This document shows positions 16,708 through 30,073 of a stretch of 64,000 bases of DNA, piece after piece. Origin of the DNA: the human T2T-CHM13v2.0 reference genome, Homo sapiens. A model generated the notes under the pieces. It made no database searches and was not told the DNA's origin. It worked only from the letters and a program-made list of their open reading frames with translations. The stretch lies in the NCBI RefSeq assembly GCF_009914755.1, contig NC_060938.1; one strand, written 5' to 3'. How positions within the stretch are numbered: position 1 is the stretch's first letter; each line of letters begins with the position of its first letter. The position numbers and the translations under genes are program-made.

Positions 16708-16890
16708 GGCCTAATGTGATGGTTAGGAGCACACACTTCAGAGCTAGCATCTGTATTTGGAAACCTATATTCTGCCTGTCTAGCCATGTCACTATGGAAG
16801 ATCTGAAACTCTGATTTCTTTCATCTCACAGCTTTTTACTACCTCAAACGTTGTTCAAAGATTAGGGTAAGTGATCTGAATGATACCATG
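16708..16890 (+). mobile_element. MIR fragment
   Basis: gtgatggttaggagcac..tagccatgtcact..gttgttcaaagatta resembles the MIR core. Confidence 0.5.
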
Positions 16891-16967
16891 CACATATTTG
16901 TTTATGTTAAAAGATAATTCTTTCTGCAACAAGTTTTGGATATTCCCAATAGGAAAAAGGGGAGGGA

Positions 16968-17027
16968 GGCTGGCAGGCATAGTGGCTCATGTCTGTAATC
17001 TCAGCACTTTGGGAGGCCGAGGTGGAC
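16968..17027 (+). mobile_element. Alu 5' stub (~60 nt) fused to the L1
   Basis: gtggctcatgtctgtaatctcagcactttgggaggccgaggtgga ends abruptly at L1 ORF1 sequence. Confidence 0.8.
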
Positions 17028-20000
17028 ATCAATGAACATCTAGGAAAACATGACATTACCAAATGAACTAAATAAGACACCAATGACCAATTCTAGAGTA
17101 ACAGACATATATGACAGAGAATTAAAAATAGTTGTTTTGAGGAAACACAACAAAAGTCAAGATAACACAGAGAAGGAATTCAGAATCCTATCATAAATGT
17201 AACCAACAAATTGAAATAATTTTTAAAAATCAAGCAGAAATCCTGAAGCTGAAAAATTCAACTGACATACTGCAGAGTGCATCAGAGTCTCTCAAGAGCA
17301 GAATTGATCAAGCAGGAAGAATTAGTGAGCTTGAAGACAGGCTGTTTGAAAATAGTCAGAGGAGACAAAAGAAAAAAGAATAAAAAAGAATGAAGCATGC
17401 TTACAAGATGTAGAAGATAGCCTCAAAACGGAAAATCTAAGTTATTGACCTTAAAGAGGAAGTAGAGAGATTAGGATAGAAAGTTTACTCAAAGGGATAA
17501 TAATAAAGAACTTTCCCAATCTACTGTAATATATCCATAGTCAAGTACAAGAAGGTTATAGAACACCAGGCCAATTTAGCCAAAATAAGACTACTTCAAG
17601 ACATTTAATAATCAAACTCCCAAATGTGAAGGATAATGAAAGGATCCTAAAAGCAGCAAGAGAAAAGAAACAAATAACATACAAAGGAGCTCCAATACAT
17701 CTGGTAGCAGACTTCCCAGTGGAAAACTTACAGGCCAGGAGAGAGTGGCATGACATATTTAAAGTGCTGAAGAAACTTTTATCTTGGATAGTAAATCCAG
17801 CAAAAATATCCTTCAAACATCAAGAAGAAATACTTTCCCAGGCAAACAAAAGCCAAGGGATGTCATCAATACCAGACCTGTCCTACAAGAAATGTTAAGG
17901 GGAGTTCTTCAATCTGAAAGAAGAGGACATTAACAATAAGAAATTATCTGAAGGTACAAAACTTATTGGTAATATTCTTAATATTGTACACAAACACACA
18001 GTATTATAACACTGTAATTATGGTATGTAAACTACTCATATCTTGAGTAGAAAGACAAAAAGATGAACCTATCAAAAATAATAACTACAACAACTTTTTA
18101 AGATACAGACAGTATAATAAAATATAAATAGAAAAAAAGTTTAAACGTAGGGGGGATGAAGTTAAAGTGTAGTTTTTATTCATTTTCTCTTTGCCTATTT
18201 GTTAGTTTGTTTTTGCAATTAGTGTTGTCATCAGTTTAAAATAACGGCTTTTAAGATGTTTTTTGCAAGCCTTATGGTAATCTCAAATCAAAACACCTAC
18301 AACAGATACACAAAAATCAAGAAATTAAAACATACCACCAGAGAAAATCACCTTCACAAAAAGGAAGACAGGAAGGAAGAGAAGACCCCAAAACAACCAG
18401 AAAACAAGTAACAAAATGGCAGTAATAAGTCCTTACTTATCCATAACACCATTGAATGTAAATGGGCTAAACTCGTTAATCAAAACACACAGAGTAGCTG
18501 AATGGATTTTATAAAAACAAGACCCAATGATCTGTTGCCTACAAGAAACACACATAAGGACACATATAGACTGAAAATAAAGGGATGGAAAAAGATGTTC
18601 CATGCAAATGGAAACCAAAAAAAGGGTAGCAGTAGCTATACTTCTATCAGATTAAATAATATCAAGACAAAAATCTATAAAAAGAGATGAAGTTTACTAT
18701 ATAATGATAGGGGCAATGCAGCATGAGGATATAACAGTTGCAAATATATATACACCCCACACTGGAGCCTCAAGATATATAAAGCAAATATTATTAGATC
18801 TAAAGAGAGAGATAGACCCCAATACAATAATAGCTGGAGACTTTAATGCCCCACTTTCAGCATTGGACAGATCATCCAGAGAGAAAATCAACAAACAAAC
18901 ATCAGACTTAATCTGCACCATAGAACAGAAGAACCTAACAGATATTTACAGAACATATCATCCAATAGCTCCAGAATACACACTCTTCTCCTCAGCACAT
19001 GGATCATGCTCAATGATAGACCATATGTTAGGTTACAAAACAAATCTTTAAAATTTCAAAGAAACTGAAATTATATCAAGTATATTCTCTGCCCACAATG
19101 GAACAAAACTAGAAATCAATAACAAGAGAAACTTTGGAAACTGTACAAACACATGGAAATTAAACAATATGTTCTTGAATGACCAGCAGGTCAATGAAGA
19201 AATTAAGATGAAAATTTAAAATTTTCTTGAAGAAATGACAATAGAAACACAACATACCAAAACCTATGGGATACAGCCAAAACAATACTCAAAGGAGGGT
19301 TTACAGCAATAAGCACCTACATCAAAAAAGCAGAAAAATTTCAAATAAACAACCTAATATTGCATCTTAAAGAACTGCAAAAGCAAGAGCAAACAAACCC
19401 AAAATTAGTAGAAGAAAGAAAGAATAAAAATCAGAGCAGAAATAAATGAAATTGAAATAAAAAATGTACAAAAGATCAATAAAACAAAAAGTTGGCTTTT
19501 TGAAAAGATAAACAAAACCAACAAACCCTTAACCAGACTAAGAAAAAAAGAAAGATGACCCAAATAAATAAAATCAGAGATGAAAAAGGAGACATTACAC
19601 CTGATACCGCAGAAATTCAAAGGATGATTAGAGACTACTATGATCAACTATATGCCAATAAATTGAAAAACCTAGAAGAAATGGATAAGTTCCTAGACAC
19701 ATACAATCTACAAAGATTGAGCCATGAAGAAATCCAAAATGTGAATAGATCAATAACAAGTAATGAGATCAAAGCCGTAATAATAAAAAAAAAATCTCCG
19801 AGCAAAGCAAAACCCAGGACCCAATGGCTTCACTGCTAAATCTTACCAAACATTTAAAGAAGAACTAATACCAATCCTACTCAAAGTATTCCAAAAAACA
19901 GAGGAAGAGAGAATACTTCCAAACTCATTCTATGAGGCCAGTATTACCCTGATATGAAAACCAGACAAAGACACATGAAAAAAAGAAAATTACAGGCCAA

Positions 20001-20258
20001 TATCCCCAATGAACATTGATGCGAAAATACTCAACACAATACCAGCAAACAAATTCAGCAGCACATTAAAAAGATCATTCATCATGACCAAGTGGGATTT
20101 ATCCCAAGACTGCATGCATGGAACAACATACACAGGTCAATCGATGTGATAGATCATATCAGCATAATAAAGGAGAAAAACCATATGATCATTTCAACTG
20201 ATGCTGAAAAAGCATTTGATAAAATTCCATATCCTTTCATGATTTGAAAAAAAAAACT

Positions 20259-20372
20259 CAAAAACTGGGTATAAAAGGCACATGCCTCAACACAATAAAA
20301 AGCATGGCTTTCATGTTGAGATATGTTCCTTCTATACCCAGTTTTTGCATCCTTCAACTTTCATATATAATA

Positions 20373-20422
<50 letters not shown>

Positions 20423-20426
20423 TTGA
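20259..20426. repeat. 35-bp inverted repeat followed by a (TA)n flanked by tcaactt/aagttga, inside L1 ORF2
   Basis: 20259-20293 matches the reverse complement of 20313-20347 at 30/35 positions. Confidence 0.9.
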
Positions 20427-22026
20427 TCATACTAATATCATAGTGAATGCGGAAAAATGAAAGCCTTTTCTCTAAGATCTGGAACAAGACAAGGATGCCC
20501 ACTTTCATCGCTGTTATTCAACATAGTACTGGAAGTCCTAGCTAGAGTAATCAGACAAAAGAAAGAAATAAAAGGCATTCAAAATGGAAAGGAAGAAGTG
20601 AAATTATTTTTATTTGCAGATAATATGATCTTATACTTGAAAAAAACGAAAGACTCCACCAAAAGGCTATTAGAACTGATAAACAAATTTAGTAAAGTTG
20701 CAGAATACAAAATCAACATACAAAAATCAGTAGCATTTTTATATGCTAACAGCAAACAATCTGAAAAAGAAATCAAGAAAGTAATCCCATTTACAATAGC
20801 TACAAATTAAACAAAATACCTAGGAATAAACTTAACCAAGGAAGTGAAAAATCTTTACAATAAAAACTTTTATGCAAGATATTGAAGAGGACACCAAAAA
20901 ATGGAAAGATATTCCATGTTCATGGATTAGAAGAATCAATATTATTAAAATGTCCATGCTACCCAAAGCAATCTACAGATTCAGTGCAATCTCTATTAAA
21001 GTACTAATGAAATTCCTCACAGAAATAGAAAAAAAATCCTAAAATTTATATGGGACCACAAAAGGCCCAGAACAGTCAGAACCATCATGAGGAAAAAAAA
21101 AAAAAAAAAAAAACTGGAGGAATCCCATTACCTGATTTTAAATTATACTACAGAGCTATAGCAATGAAGTAACAAAAACAGGATGGTACTGACATAAAAA
21201 CAGACACATAGACCAATGGAACAGAATAGAGAACCCAGAAATAAATCCATACAGCCACAGTGAACTCATTTTCAACAAAGCTTTCAAGAACATGTATTGA
21301 GAAAGGGATTGTCTCGTCAGTAAATTGTGCTGGGAAAACTGGATGTTCATATGCAGAAGAATGAAACCAGATCGCTCTCTCACCATACACAAAAATCAAA
21401 TCAAAATGGATTAAAGACTTAAATCTAAAACCTGAAACTATGAAACTACTAAAAGAAAACATAGGAGAAACTCTCCAGGACATTGGTACGAACAAAGATT
21501 TCTTGAGTAATACTTCACAGGCACAGGCAACCGAAGCAAAAAATGGACAAATGGAATCACATTTTAAAAAATCACATCATTAAAAAGCTTCTGCATAGCA
21601 AAGGAAACTAGCAACAAAGTGAAGAGACAATCCACAGAATGAGAGAAAATATTTGCAAACTATCCATCTGACAAGGGATTAATAACCAGAATATATAAGG
21701 AGCTCAAACAATTCAATAGGAAAAAAAATCTAACAATTTGATTTAAAATGGGCAAAAGATTGAATAGACATTTCTCAAAAGAATACATCCAAATGGCAAA
21801 CAGCTATGTGAACAGGTGCTCAACATCACTGATCATCAGGGAAACACAAATCAAAACTCCAATGAGACATCATCTCATACTAGTTAAAATAGCTTTTATC
21901 TAAAAGGCAGGAAATAATGAATGCTGGAGTGTTGAGAAAGGGAACCCTCGTACACTGTTGGTGGGAATGTAAATTAGTGCAGCCACTTGGAAAACAACAT
22001 GGAGCTTCCTCAGAAAACTAAAAATA

Positions 22027-22344
<318 letters not shown>

Positions 22345-23167
22345 CTAAGAATAGAACTACCATAGGATCCAGCAATCCCACTGATAGGGATATACCTAAA
22401 AGAAAGTAAATCAGTAAATCAAAGAGATGTCTGCACTCTCATGCATTGCAGCACTATTCACAATATCCAAGATTTGGAACCGAGGTGTCCATCAACAAAA
22501 GAATAAATAAAATGTGGTACATATGCACAATGGAGTACTATTCAGCCATAGAAAAGAATGAGATTCTGTCATTTGCAACCACATGGATGGAAATGGAGGA
22601 CATTATGTTAAGTAAAATAAGCCAGGCACAGAAAGACAAGCTTTACATGTTCTCACTCATTTGTGGGAGCTAAAAATTAAAACCATGGAATTCATGGAGA
22701 TGAGAGTAGAATGATGGTTACTGGAGGCTGGGAAGGGTAGAAAGGGGTGGAGGGTAGGGACAGTTAAGGAGTACAAAGATATATTCAGATAGAATGAATA
22801 AGATATAGTATTTGATAGCACAACAGGGTGACTAAAGTCAACAATAATGTATTAAATATTTTTAAAATAACTAAAAGAGTATAATTGGATTGTTTGTAAC
22901 ACCAAAAAAATGATAAATGCTTGAAGTGATGAACACCCCATTTCCCCTGATGTGATTATTACAAATTGCATGCCTGTATCAAAATATCTCATGTACCGCA
23001 TAGATACATACACTGCTATGTACCCACAAAAATTAAAAATAAAGATAAATGAATAAGATATAAAAAGCAATAGGGGAAACTGAATGAAGGGCATATGAGA
23101 AACTCTTTGTGTCATCTTTGCAACTTCTCTGTAAATCTAAAAAAAAAAATCAGAGTAATTCACTACT

Positions 23168-24411
23168 TGTGATGGTTAATTTTATGTATCAACTTGACTG
23201 AGCCACAGGTGGCTCAGATATTTAGCCAAACATTATTCTAAGTATGTCTGTGAGGGTGTTTCTGGATGAGATTAACATTTCAATCAGTAGACTGAGCACA
23301 ACAGATTGCCCTCCCCAATGTGGGTGGACCTCACCCAATCAACTGAAGACTTAAGTAGAATAAAAAGATTGAGTAAGAGGGAATGCCTCCTACCAGACTT
23401 GTTGACCTGAGACATTGGTCTTGCAGGCTTTTGGGCTCAGAGAGAAACATAACTCTTCTTAGGTCTTGAGGCTGCTGGCCTTTGGATCAGCAGCTCTCCT
23501 GGTTCTCCACCTTGCCCACTGCAAATCTTGGGACTTCTCAGCCTCCATTATCACATGAGCCAATTCCTTATAGCAAATCTATATCTATCTAACTATCTAT
23601 CTATCTATCTATCTATCTAATATGGTTTGGCTCTGTGTCCCTGCCCAAATCTCATCTTGTAGCCCTACCAGGGCACTGCCTAGTGGAGCTGTGAGAAGAG
23701 GGCCACCATCCTCCAGATCCCAGAATGGTAGATCTACTGACAGCTTGCACCATGTGCCTGGAAAAGCTGCAGACACTCAACACCAGCCCATGAAAGCAGC
23801 CAGGAGGGAGGCTGCACCCTGCAAAGGGGCGGAGCTGCTGAAGACTATGGGAACCTACCTCTTGCATCCACATGACCTGGATGTAAGACGTGGACTCAAA
23901 GGAGATCATTTTGGAGCTTTAAGATTTGACTGCCATGCTGGATTTTGGACTTGCATGGGGCCTGTAGCCTCTCTGTTTTGGCCAATTTCTCCCATTTGGA
24001 ATGGTTGTATTTACCCAGTGCCTATACCTTCATTGTATCTAGGGGCAGAATGATATGGTTTGGCTCTGTGTCCCCACCAAAATCTCATATTGTAGCTCCC
24101 ATAATTCCCACGTGTTGTGGGAGGTACGCAGTGGGAGATGATTGAATTATGGGGCAGGTCTTTCCCATGCTGTTTCATGATAGTGAATGAGTCTCATGAG
24201 ATCTGATGGTTTTGAAAACAGGAGTTGTCCTGCACAAGCTCTCTCTCTTTGTTTGCTGCCATCCACATAAAATGTGACTTGCTCCTCCTTGCCTTCCTCC
24301 AGGATTGTGAGGCCTCCCCAGCCATGTGGAACAGTAAGTCCAATAAACCTCTTTCTTTTGTAAATTGCCCAGTCTCAGGTATGTCTTCATCAGCAGAATG
24401 AAAATAGACTA

Positions 24412-24443
<32 letters not shown>

Positions 24444-24550
24444 CCTACCTATCTATATCTATCCACCTATACCTATATCTATCTATCTATATCTCTCTAT
24501 CTACCTATCCTATTAGTTCTGTTTCTCTCTGAAAAACCCTAACTAATACA
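23168..24550 (+). mobile_element. MLT2C/D-type ERVL LTR with internal (TCTA)n, split by a THE1 element
   Basis: tgtgatggttaattttatg..cctattagttctgtttctct..ctaactaataca. Confidence 0.85.
23618..24413 (+). mobile_element. Doubly deleted THE1 (THE1D-like) provirus: 5' LTR stub, internal fragment, complete 3' LTR (24051-24413)
   Basis: atatggtttggctctgtgtccc occurs at 23620 and 24053; the intervening sequence translates to MaLR internal peptide (GALRFDC..GFWTCMGPV). Confidence 0.85.
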
Positions 24551-24551
24551 C

Positions 24552-25612
24552 CATATTCACAGAAAGAAAAAAATGAGAAAACTCCCATGATTATCTCAAT
24601 AGATGCAGAGAAGGCATTTAACAAAATTAATGATTAAAAACTCTTAGAAAACTAAGAATAAAATAACACTTCCATGATCTGAAAAAGAAGTCTACAGAAA
24701 CCATCATAGGAATTGGTAAAATGTTGAAAGTTTTCTCCCTGAAACCAAGAACAAGACAAAGATGTCCATTATCACCACCTCTATTCAATATTGTATTGAA
24801 GGTCTTAGTCAGTGTAGAAGGACAAAGAATGGAGATGAAAGGCATCCACGTAGAAAAGAAAACTATAAAACTGTTATTATTTGCAAATAACATGATTGTG
24901 TTATTAGAAAATCCAAATGAACCTACCAATAAATGATTTTCAGTAATAAGTGCATTTAGCAGCATTGCCGTATACAAGGTCAATATACAAAAATCACTTG
25001 TATTTCTACATGCCAGCAACAAATGTTAGAAACTTAGAAAAGCTTTTGAAAAACATAAAACACTCTTAGGTGAATGAATATAATGAAAGATGTATAAGAC
25101 TTCTATGCTGAAAACTACAAAACACTATTAAGGGAAATTAAACCCTAAATAAATAAAGAATATATACTATGTTAATCATTGAAAGGCTCATTATTTTTAG
25201 ATGTGAAATTCTCCCCAAAATCATTTAAATATTTCATATAATCACATCCAATTCCCAGGAGAAGTCGCTTTTGGTGGAAAATGATAACCTAACTCTAAAA
25301 TGTGTATGAAAATGCAAAGGCTGAGAATAACCAAGGTGATCCTGAAGAAGGAGGAGCCAGACGATGAGGATGAGAAGGAGAAAACTGAAGGTAATTAAGA
25401 CACTGTGATATTGGTACAAAGGTAGAAATATAAACCAACAGAAAAAGAGTTTAGAAACTGATTCGAAAATATACAATCCCCTGATTTATGACAAGGACAC
25501 AGGAGAACACTGGAGATGTGAGGGTCTTGTCAGTAAATGCTGGTGTTAATTGGATATATATTTGGGAAAAAAAAAAAAGGTATCTTCACCCCCTAACTCA
25601 AATCATGTCTAA
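24552..25612 (+). mobile_element. Old L1M ORF2 fragment
   Basis: RTRQRCPLSPPLFNIVL..LLLFANNMIV reverse-transcriptase remnant. Confidence 0.8.
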
Positions 25613-25616
25613 CAAT

Positions 25617-26104
25617 TGAGGTAGGAGGTGGTATTAGACTCTGGAGGTGAGGCTCAGACACCAGACCAAATTGAGGACTAGCTAAAACAGGTCTAGGGCC
25701 AAAGCACCTCCACATAAGACACACCCACCAGTGTGCCACGCCAGTGTACCATTGCCATGGCAACACCAGGGATTTACCACCCCTTTCCGTAGCAACAACC
25801 TGATAACCCAGAAGTTACCGCTCTCATCCTAGAAATCTCTGTATAAACTACCCCTTAATTTGCATATAATTAAGCATGGGTATAAATATGAGTGCAGACC
25901 TGCCTCTGAGCTGCTGCTCTGGGCTCACTGTCTAAGGGGTGGCCCTGCTCTGCAAGGGGCAGTCCCTCTGCCACTGCTGTGCATTGCTGCTTCAATAAAC
26001 GTTGCTGGCTAACACCACCAGCTCACCCTTGAATTCTTACCTGGAGGAAGCCAGGAACCCCCCAGGGCTAAGCCCCAATTTGGGGGCTTGCTTATCCTGT
26101 ATCA
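25617..26104 (+). mobile_element. ERV1 solo LTR (MER66B-like)
   Basis: TG..CA termini, perfect TSD CAAT, TATA box ggtataaata, AATAAA. Confidence 0.8.
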
Positions 26105-26202
26105 CAATCTATTCTAGACAGATTGTAGATGTAAATAGTAAAGATGTTTTTAGAAAAGTTTTCTCTTTTGTTTTCAATTGAGTTAGTTTCTGCTCTCATA
26201 TG

Positions 26203-26714
<512 letters not shown>

Positions 26715-27099
26715 TTATATGTATTATGTCCTGCTTTCTGTTTGCTTTGGACTTCTGTTGCTCTTCTTTTCCTAGTTTCTTAATGTAGAAGCTTAGATAT
26801 TTGATGAGAGACCTTTCTTTGTTTCTAATACAGAGCTTTAATGTTCTATCTTTAATGTTCTATATTTAATGCTGTAAATGCTTAAGGGGAAATTTATATA
26901 GAAGTGAAGTGTCACAATGTCTGAATATTACTTTCCAGTGGGTTGTGGGGGGAAGGTACATATATAAAAAGAGTGACAGAGAACGAACGTGACAAAAGAA
27001 GGCAAAATGTTAACGTGAAGAATTATGAGAGATTATTTGGGCATCTCATTTTTCCGTGGATTTGGACATTTTTGTCCAGTCCCCAGAGGTGACAGTGTG

Positions 27100-27900
27100 G
27101 CCTCTATGGCTGCCCCGTGCTCTGTGACCGGCGCATATTCACCACGGGTGAGCCCCTCGAGCTGGGCCCTGGGGAGAGAGAGGGCGGTGCCCAAGCCAGG
27201 ACCCTGCGGGCCGGGGCTGGAGGAGGCGCAGGTCCCGGCGTCCATGTGCAGCCCTGCGGCCGGGGCGCGAGATCTCCCCGCAGGCGGCCGCTCCCCGCCA
27301 GGGGCTTCCGGGAGCAGCCGAAGCCTGAACCTGGACGAGCCGCGACCGCAGCCGGCGGGGGGTGCCGTCCTCCTCGCCCTCCCTGGAGCCCGGCCCTGGG
27401 CCCACGCCGTGCCCCGAGCCTCCTCTGCGGCCCGCCCCCAGTTCCCCCGGTCCGCCGCGGCCGGGCATGGGGAGGTGAAGGCCTCCGTGGGGTGACAGGG
27501 GGCGCGGGGCCGCTTGTCCCCAGCGCAGGAGGAGCCGGGACCCGACGCGCACCCTCCGGCCTGCTGGAGGCTGAGCCGCCGCAGGGAAAGCACGTGGGTG
27601 AAGGGCCCAGCGCGGCGGTTCCTTGAAAAAGCGGGAGCCTGGTCTCAGCTGGGGCCTGGGGCCTGCCCCGCCCATGCAGGGGTCGCGGGAGCAGGGGCTC
27701 GGCCTCCTTCCCAGGCCGTGGCGGCGCCGCCCCGGAGGCAGGGACAGGGGCGAGCTCCCGCTGAGCCGCACTTCCTGGGCGAGGCCGCTGCAGGCAGCGC
27801 CGGAGGCACGTGCCCCGAGGGCCTCCTCTTCTGCCCCAGCTTGACAGGCAGCCCTGGGAGGAGTGAGAAGCTGCTGGCGCCGGATTCCTGCCCCTAACTC
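27100..27900. promoter_or_regulatory. CpG island, probable promoter or first exon of an unidentified transcript
   Basis: Very high GC and CpG density in apparently non-repeat DNA; GC boxes, CACGTG at 27591 and 27807, ETS-like cacttcct at 27769, splice-donor motifs on both strands at 27137-27153. Confidence 0.85.
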
Positions 27901-28916
27901 CCTTCAGGAGGAAATTCATGAGGCCCAGGCCAAGAGAGGAGGCTTCCCGGCAAAAAGGGAAGGGCTGGGCAGGGGCAGCAGGAACCACGGCCCGAGGGGT
28001 GAGAGCTTCTGGGCTCTGAGAGCCTGACCCTGACTTCCCTTGGCCCGTGGACATGACCTCTCCAGGTCAGATTCCTCCTCCGCAGAATGGAGGGGATGGT
28101 ACTGGCAGGAGGTTGTACCGACCTCGCAAGGCCATCTCGAGGGCTCGAGGAAAGGCCTACCACGCATGGCCCGTGGACAGAGCTGGTAAATATTGGCTGT
28201 CACTAAGTTCAAGGCCGCAGGGAACATGGCAGAGTGACCCAGGTGTCAGCACAGGCCTTGTGCATGAGGAAGCGCTAGGGGAAGGGAAGGAGACCTCTAC
28301 ACCCACTGCCTGCACACCCTGGGACAGGACTCCAGAAGTCCCCGCCCAAATCCCCCTCCATCTCCCCCTCTAACCTAAGCCCCAGGTGCTGTGCCGTATC
28401 CCCAGCACCCAGCACAGTGCCTGGCACACAGCATGACTGCCCACAGGGGCAGGGGCTGCAGAGAACCCGCAGGGATACAGCCGACCTGCAGGCCCAGTAA
28501 CAACTAGGTTTTTAAAATCCAGAATGAGGCTCTGCGGTTCACCTGGAGACATGAAGACTGGGTCTGGCGCCACACACACACAGCAGGGTCTGTGGTCTCC
28601 GTTTCCAAGGCCCCCGAATCCCTGGCAGTCCCCAGCCCAGCTGCAGCAGGGACCAGCTTCCTTAGCTGGACCATGATCCCCCTCGAGCATTAGAGACAGG
28701 AGCTAGTTCTGAAGAGCCCGGGACAGGTGTAGTGAAGATGCCTGTCCCGTGAAATCCTCCCCTTTAATGAGGAGGCTGCCTACCGCCGGGGCCAAGGAAC
28801 TGAAATGGAGCAAGAAGGGGCCGCAGGCAATTCACCACCAGCAGGGCCTGTGAGTCCTTGAGCCCCGCATAAAAAAGTATCCAGCTTGGCGCAATCTAAG
28901 GTGTAATTGTACCATT

Positions 28917-28935
28917 TGGTCACCAGAGGGCGCTC
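28917..28935 (+). promoter_or_regulatory. CTCF core motif
   Basis: TGGTCACCAGAGGGCGCTC closely matches the consensus TGGCCACCAGGGGGCGCTA. Confidence 0.7.
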
Positions 28936-29029
28936 AATAATCATCTTTGCTTTTAGTATCGCAAATTACGCAGCAGAAAACTTCCTGCCCATTCAGCACA
29001 CGCAAGCCACTGTTGCATGTTTCTTGTGT

Positions 29030-29210
29030 CAGCTCAAGTAATTCTCACAACCAGCCATGAAGTATTTGTTGTTGCCCTTACACAGCCGAAGAATCTGAGG
29101 TTCAGAGTATTTGAGTAATTTGGCTGAGGTCACACAGCAGTGACTCTTAGAGGCAGGACCAAGCCCAGGTCTTGTCTCCAGAGGCTGCACTGTGCACCCC
29201 CATACTGCTT
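29030..29210 (-). mobile_element. MIR
   Basis: attctcacaac..ctgaggttcagag..gtaatttggctgaggtcacacagc. Confidence 0.75.
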
Positions 29211-29345
29211 CCTGTTCGACCTGTATGATACTGCATGCATTTAAGTTCATGTTCTAGCAAAATATCTCCCTGTATAAGGTGCCAAACTTTTATTTGAAGT
29301 GCTAGGGGTGCACACAGTGCAGCACAGAGGAAAGTCCTTTGTTTC

Positions 29346-29413
29346 GTCCCAGGAGTTTGGGTCTGACCCTGTAGCAGGGTGTGCTTGTGCCGGCTCACAA
29401 GCAGACTATTACA
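29346..29413 (+). repeat. 68-bp dispersed copy of 30045-30112
   Basis: 67/68 identical, offset 699 bp. Confidence 0.97.
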
Positions 29414-30073
29414 GTGCAGGGTGTGTAGTAGGACCCTCTGGGCTCCCTCATCCCCACCAGTGCTCACATGCTCCTGATCACCAAGGACAGCCGTCCTGGA
29501 CCTCCCCAAGTCGTCATGCAGGCCATCTGGGAAGGGAATATGCCCAGGAGCTCCGCCTCTGAGCTGTTGGAAATGCATGCCCCAGGGTGGGCTCAGAGAG
29601 CAGGCAAACATACAGGGTATTGTCCAGGTGACGGAGGGGGTCCTGGGCCCTATCTGGGGGCTGCTGTAGGGTTAGCAGCTGAGAAAGGGCCTCACAGCTC
29701 TAGCCAAGGAGTCTTCCCTATTCACCCAAATCTGGAAGTTTCATATGGTTCTGGAGACCCGGCTCTGAGAGGACCCCAGCTCCAGAGGGCGGAGGCCACA
29801 TTTGCATCCCCCGGCTTTGCAAAGCCCTGCCACATAGCAGTGGACTCCATACATACTCAGAGGTAAAGAGAGGGTGAGAAAGAGAAAGGGAAGGATGAAG
29901 GGAGGGAGGCTCAGACAGAGGGTGGAAGGGGCAAAGACCAGCGAGTCCATCTGGGCCCCACAAGTGGACCCAGGGAGCTGGCATGGGGCGTGGCTTGTGG
30001 AGGAGGGTGAGTCTGGACAGCAGCGGGCCACCTGTTTAGGCTTTGTCCCAGGAGTCTGGGTCTGACCCTGTAG

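Noticed and set aside
27025-28054. Overlapping 127-316-aa ORFs in the CpG island
   Set aside because: Stop-poor GC-rich DNA, open on both strands, with no domain I recognise; a short coding first exon cannot be excluded.
29461-29627. Exon-like segment bounded by ccaccAG and GTGACG
   Set aside because: No frame resembles a protein I recognise and the donor is mediocre.
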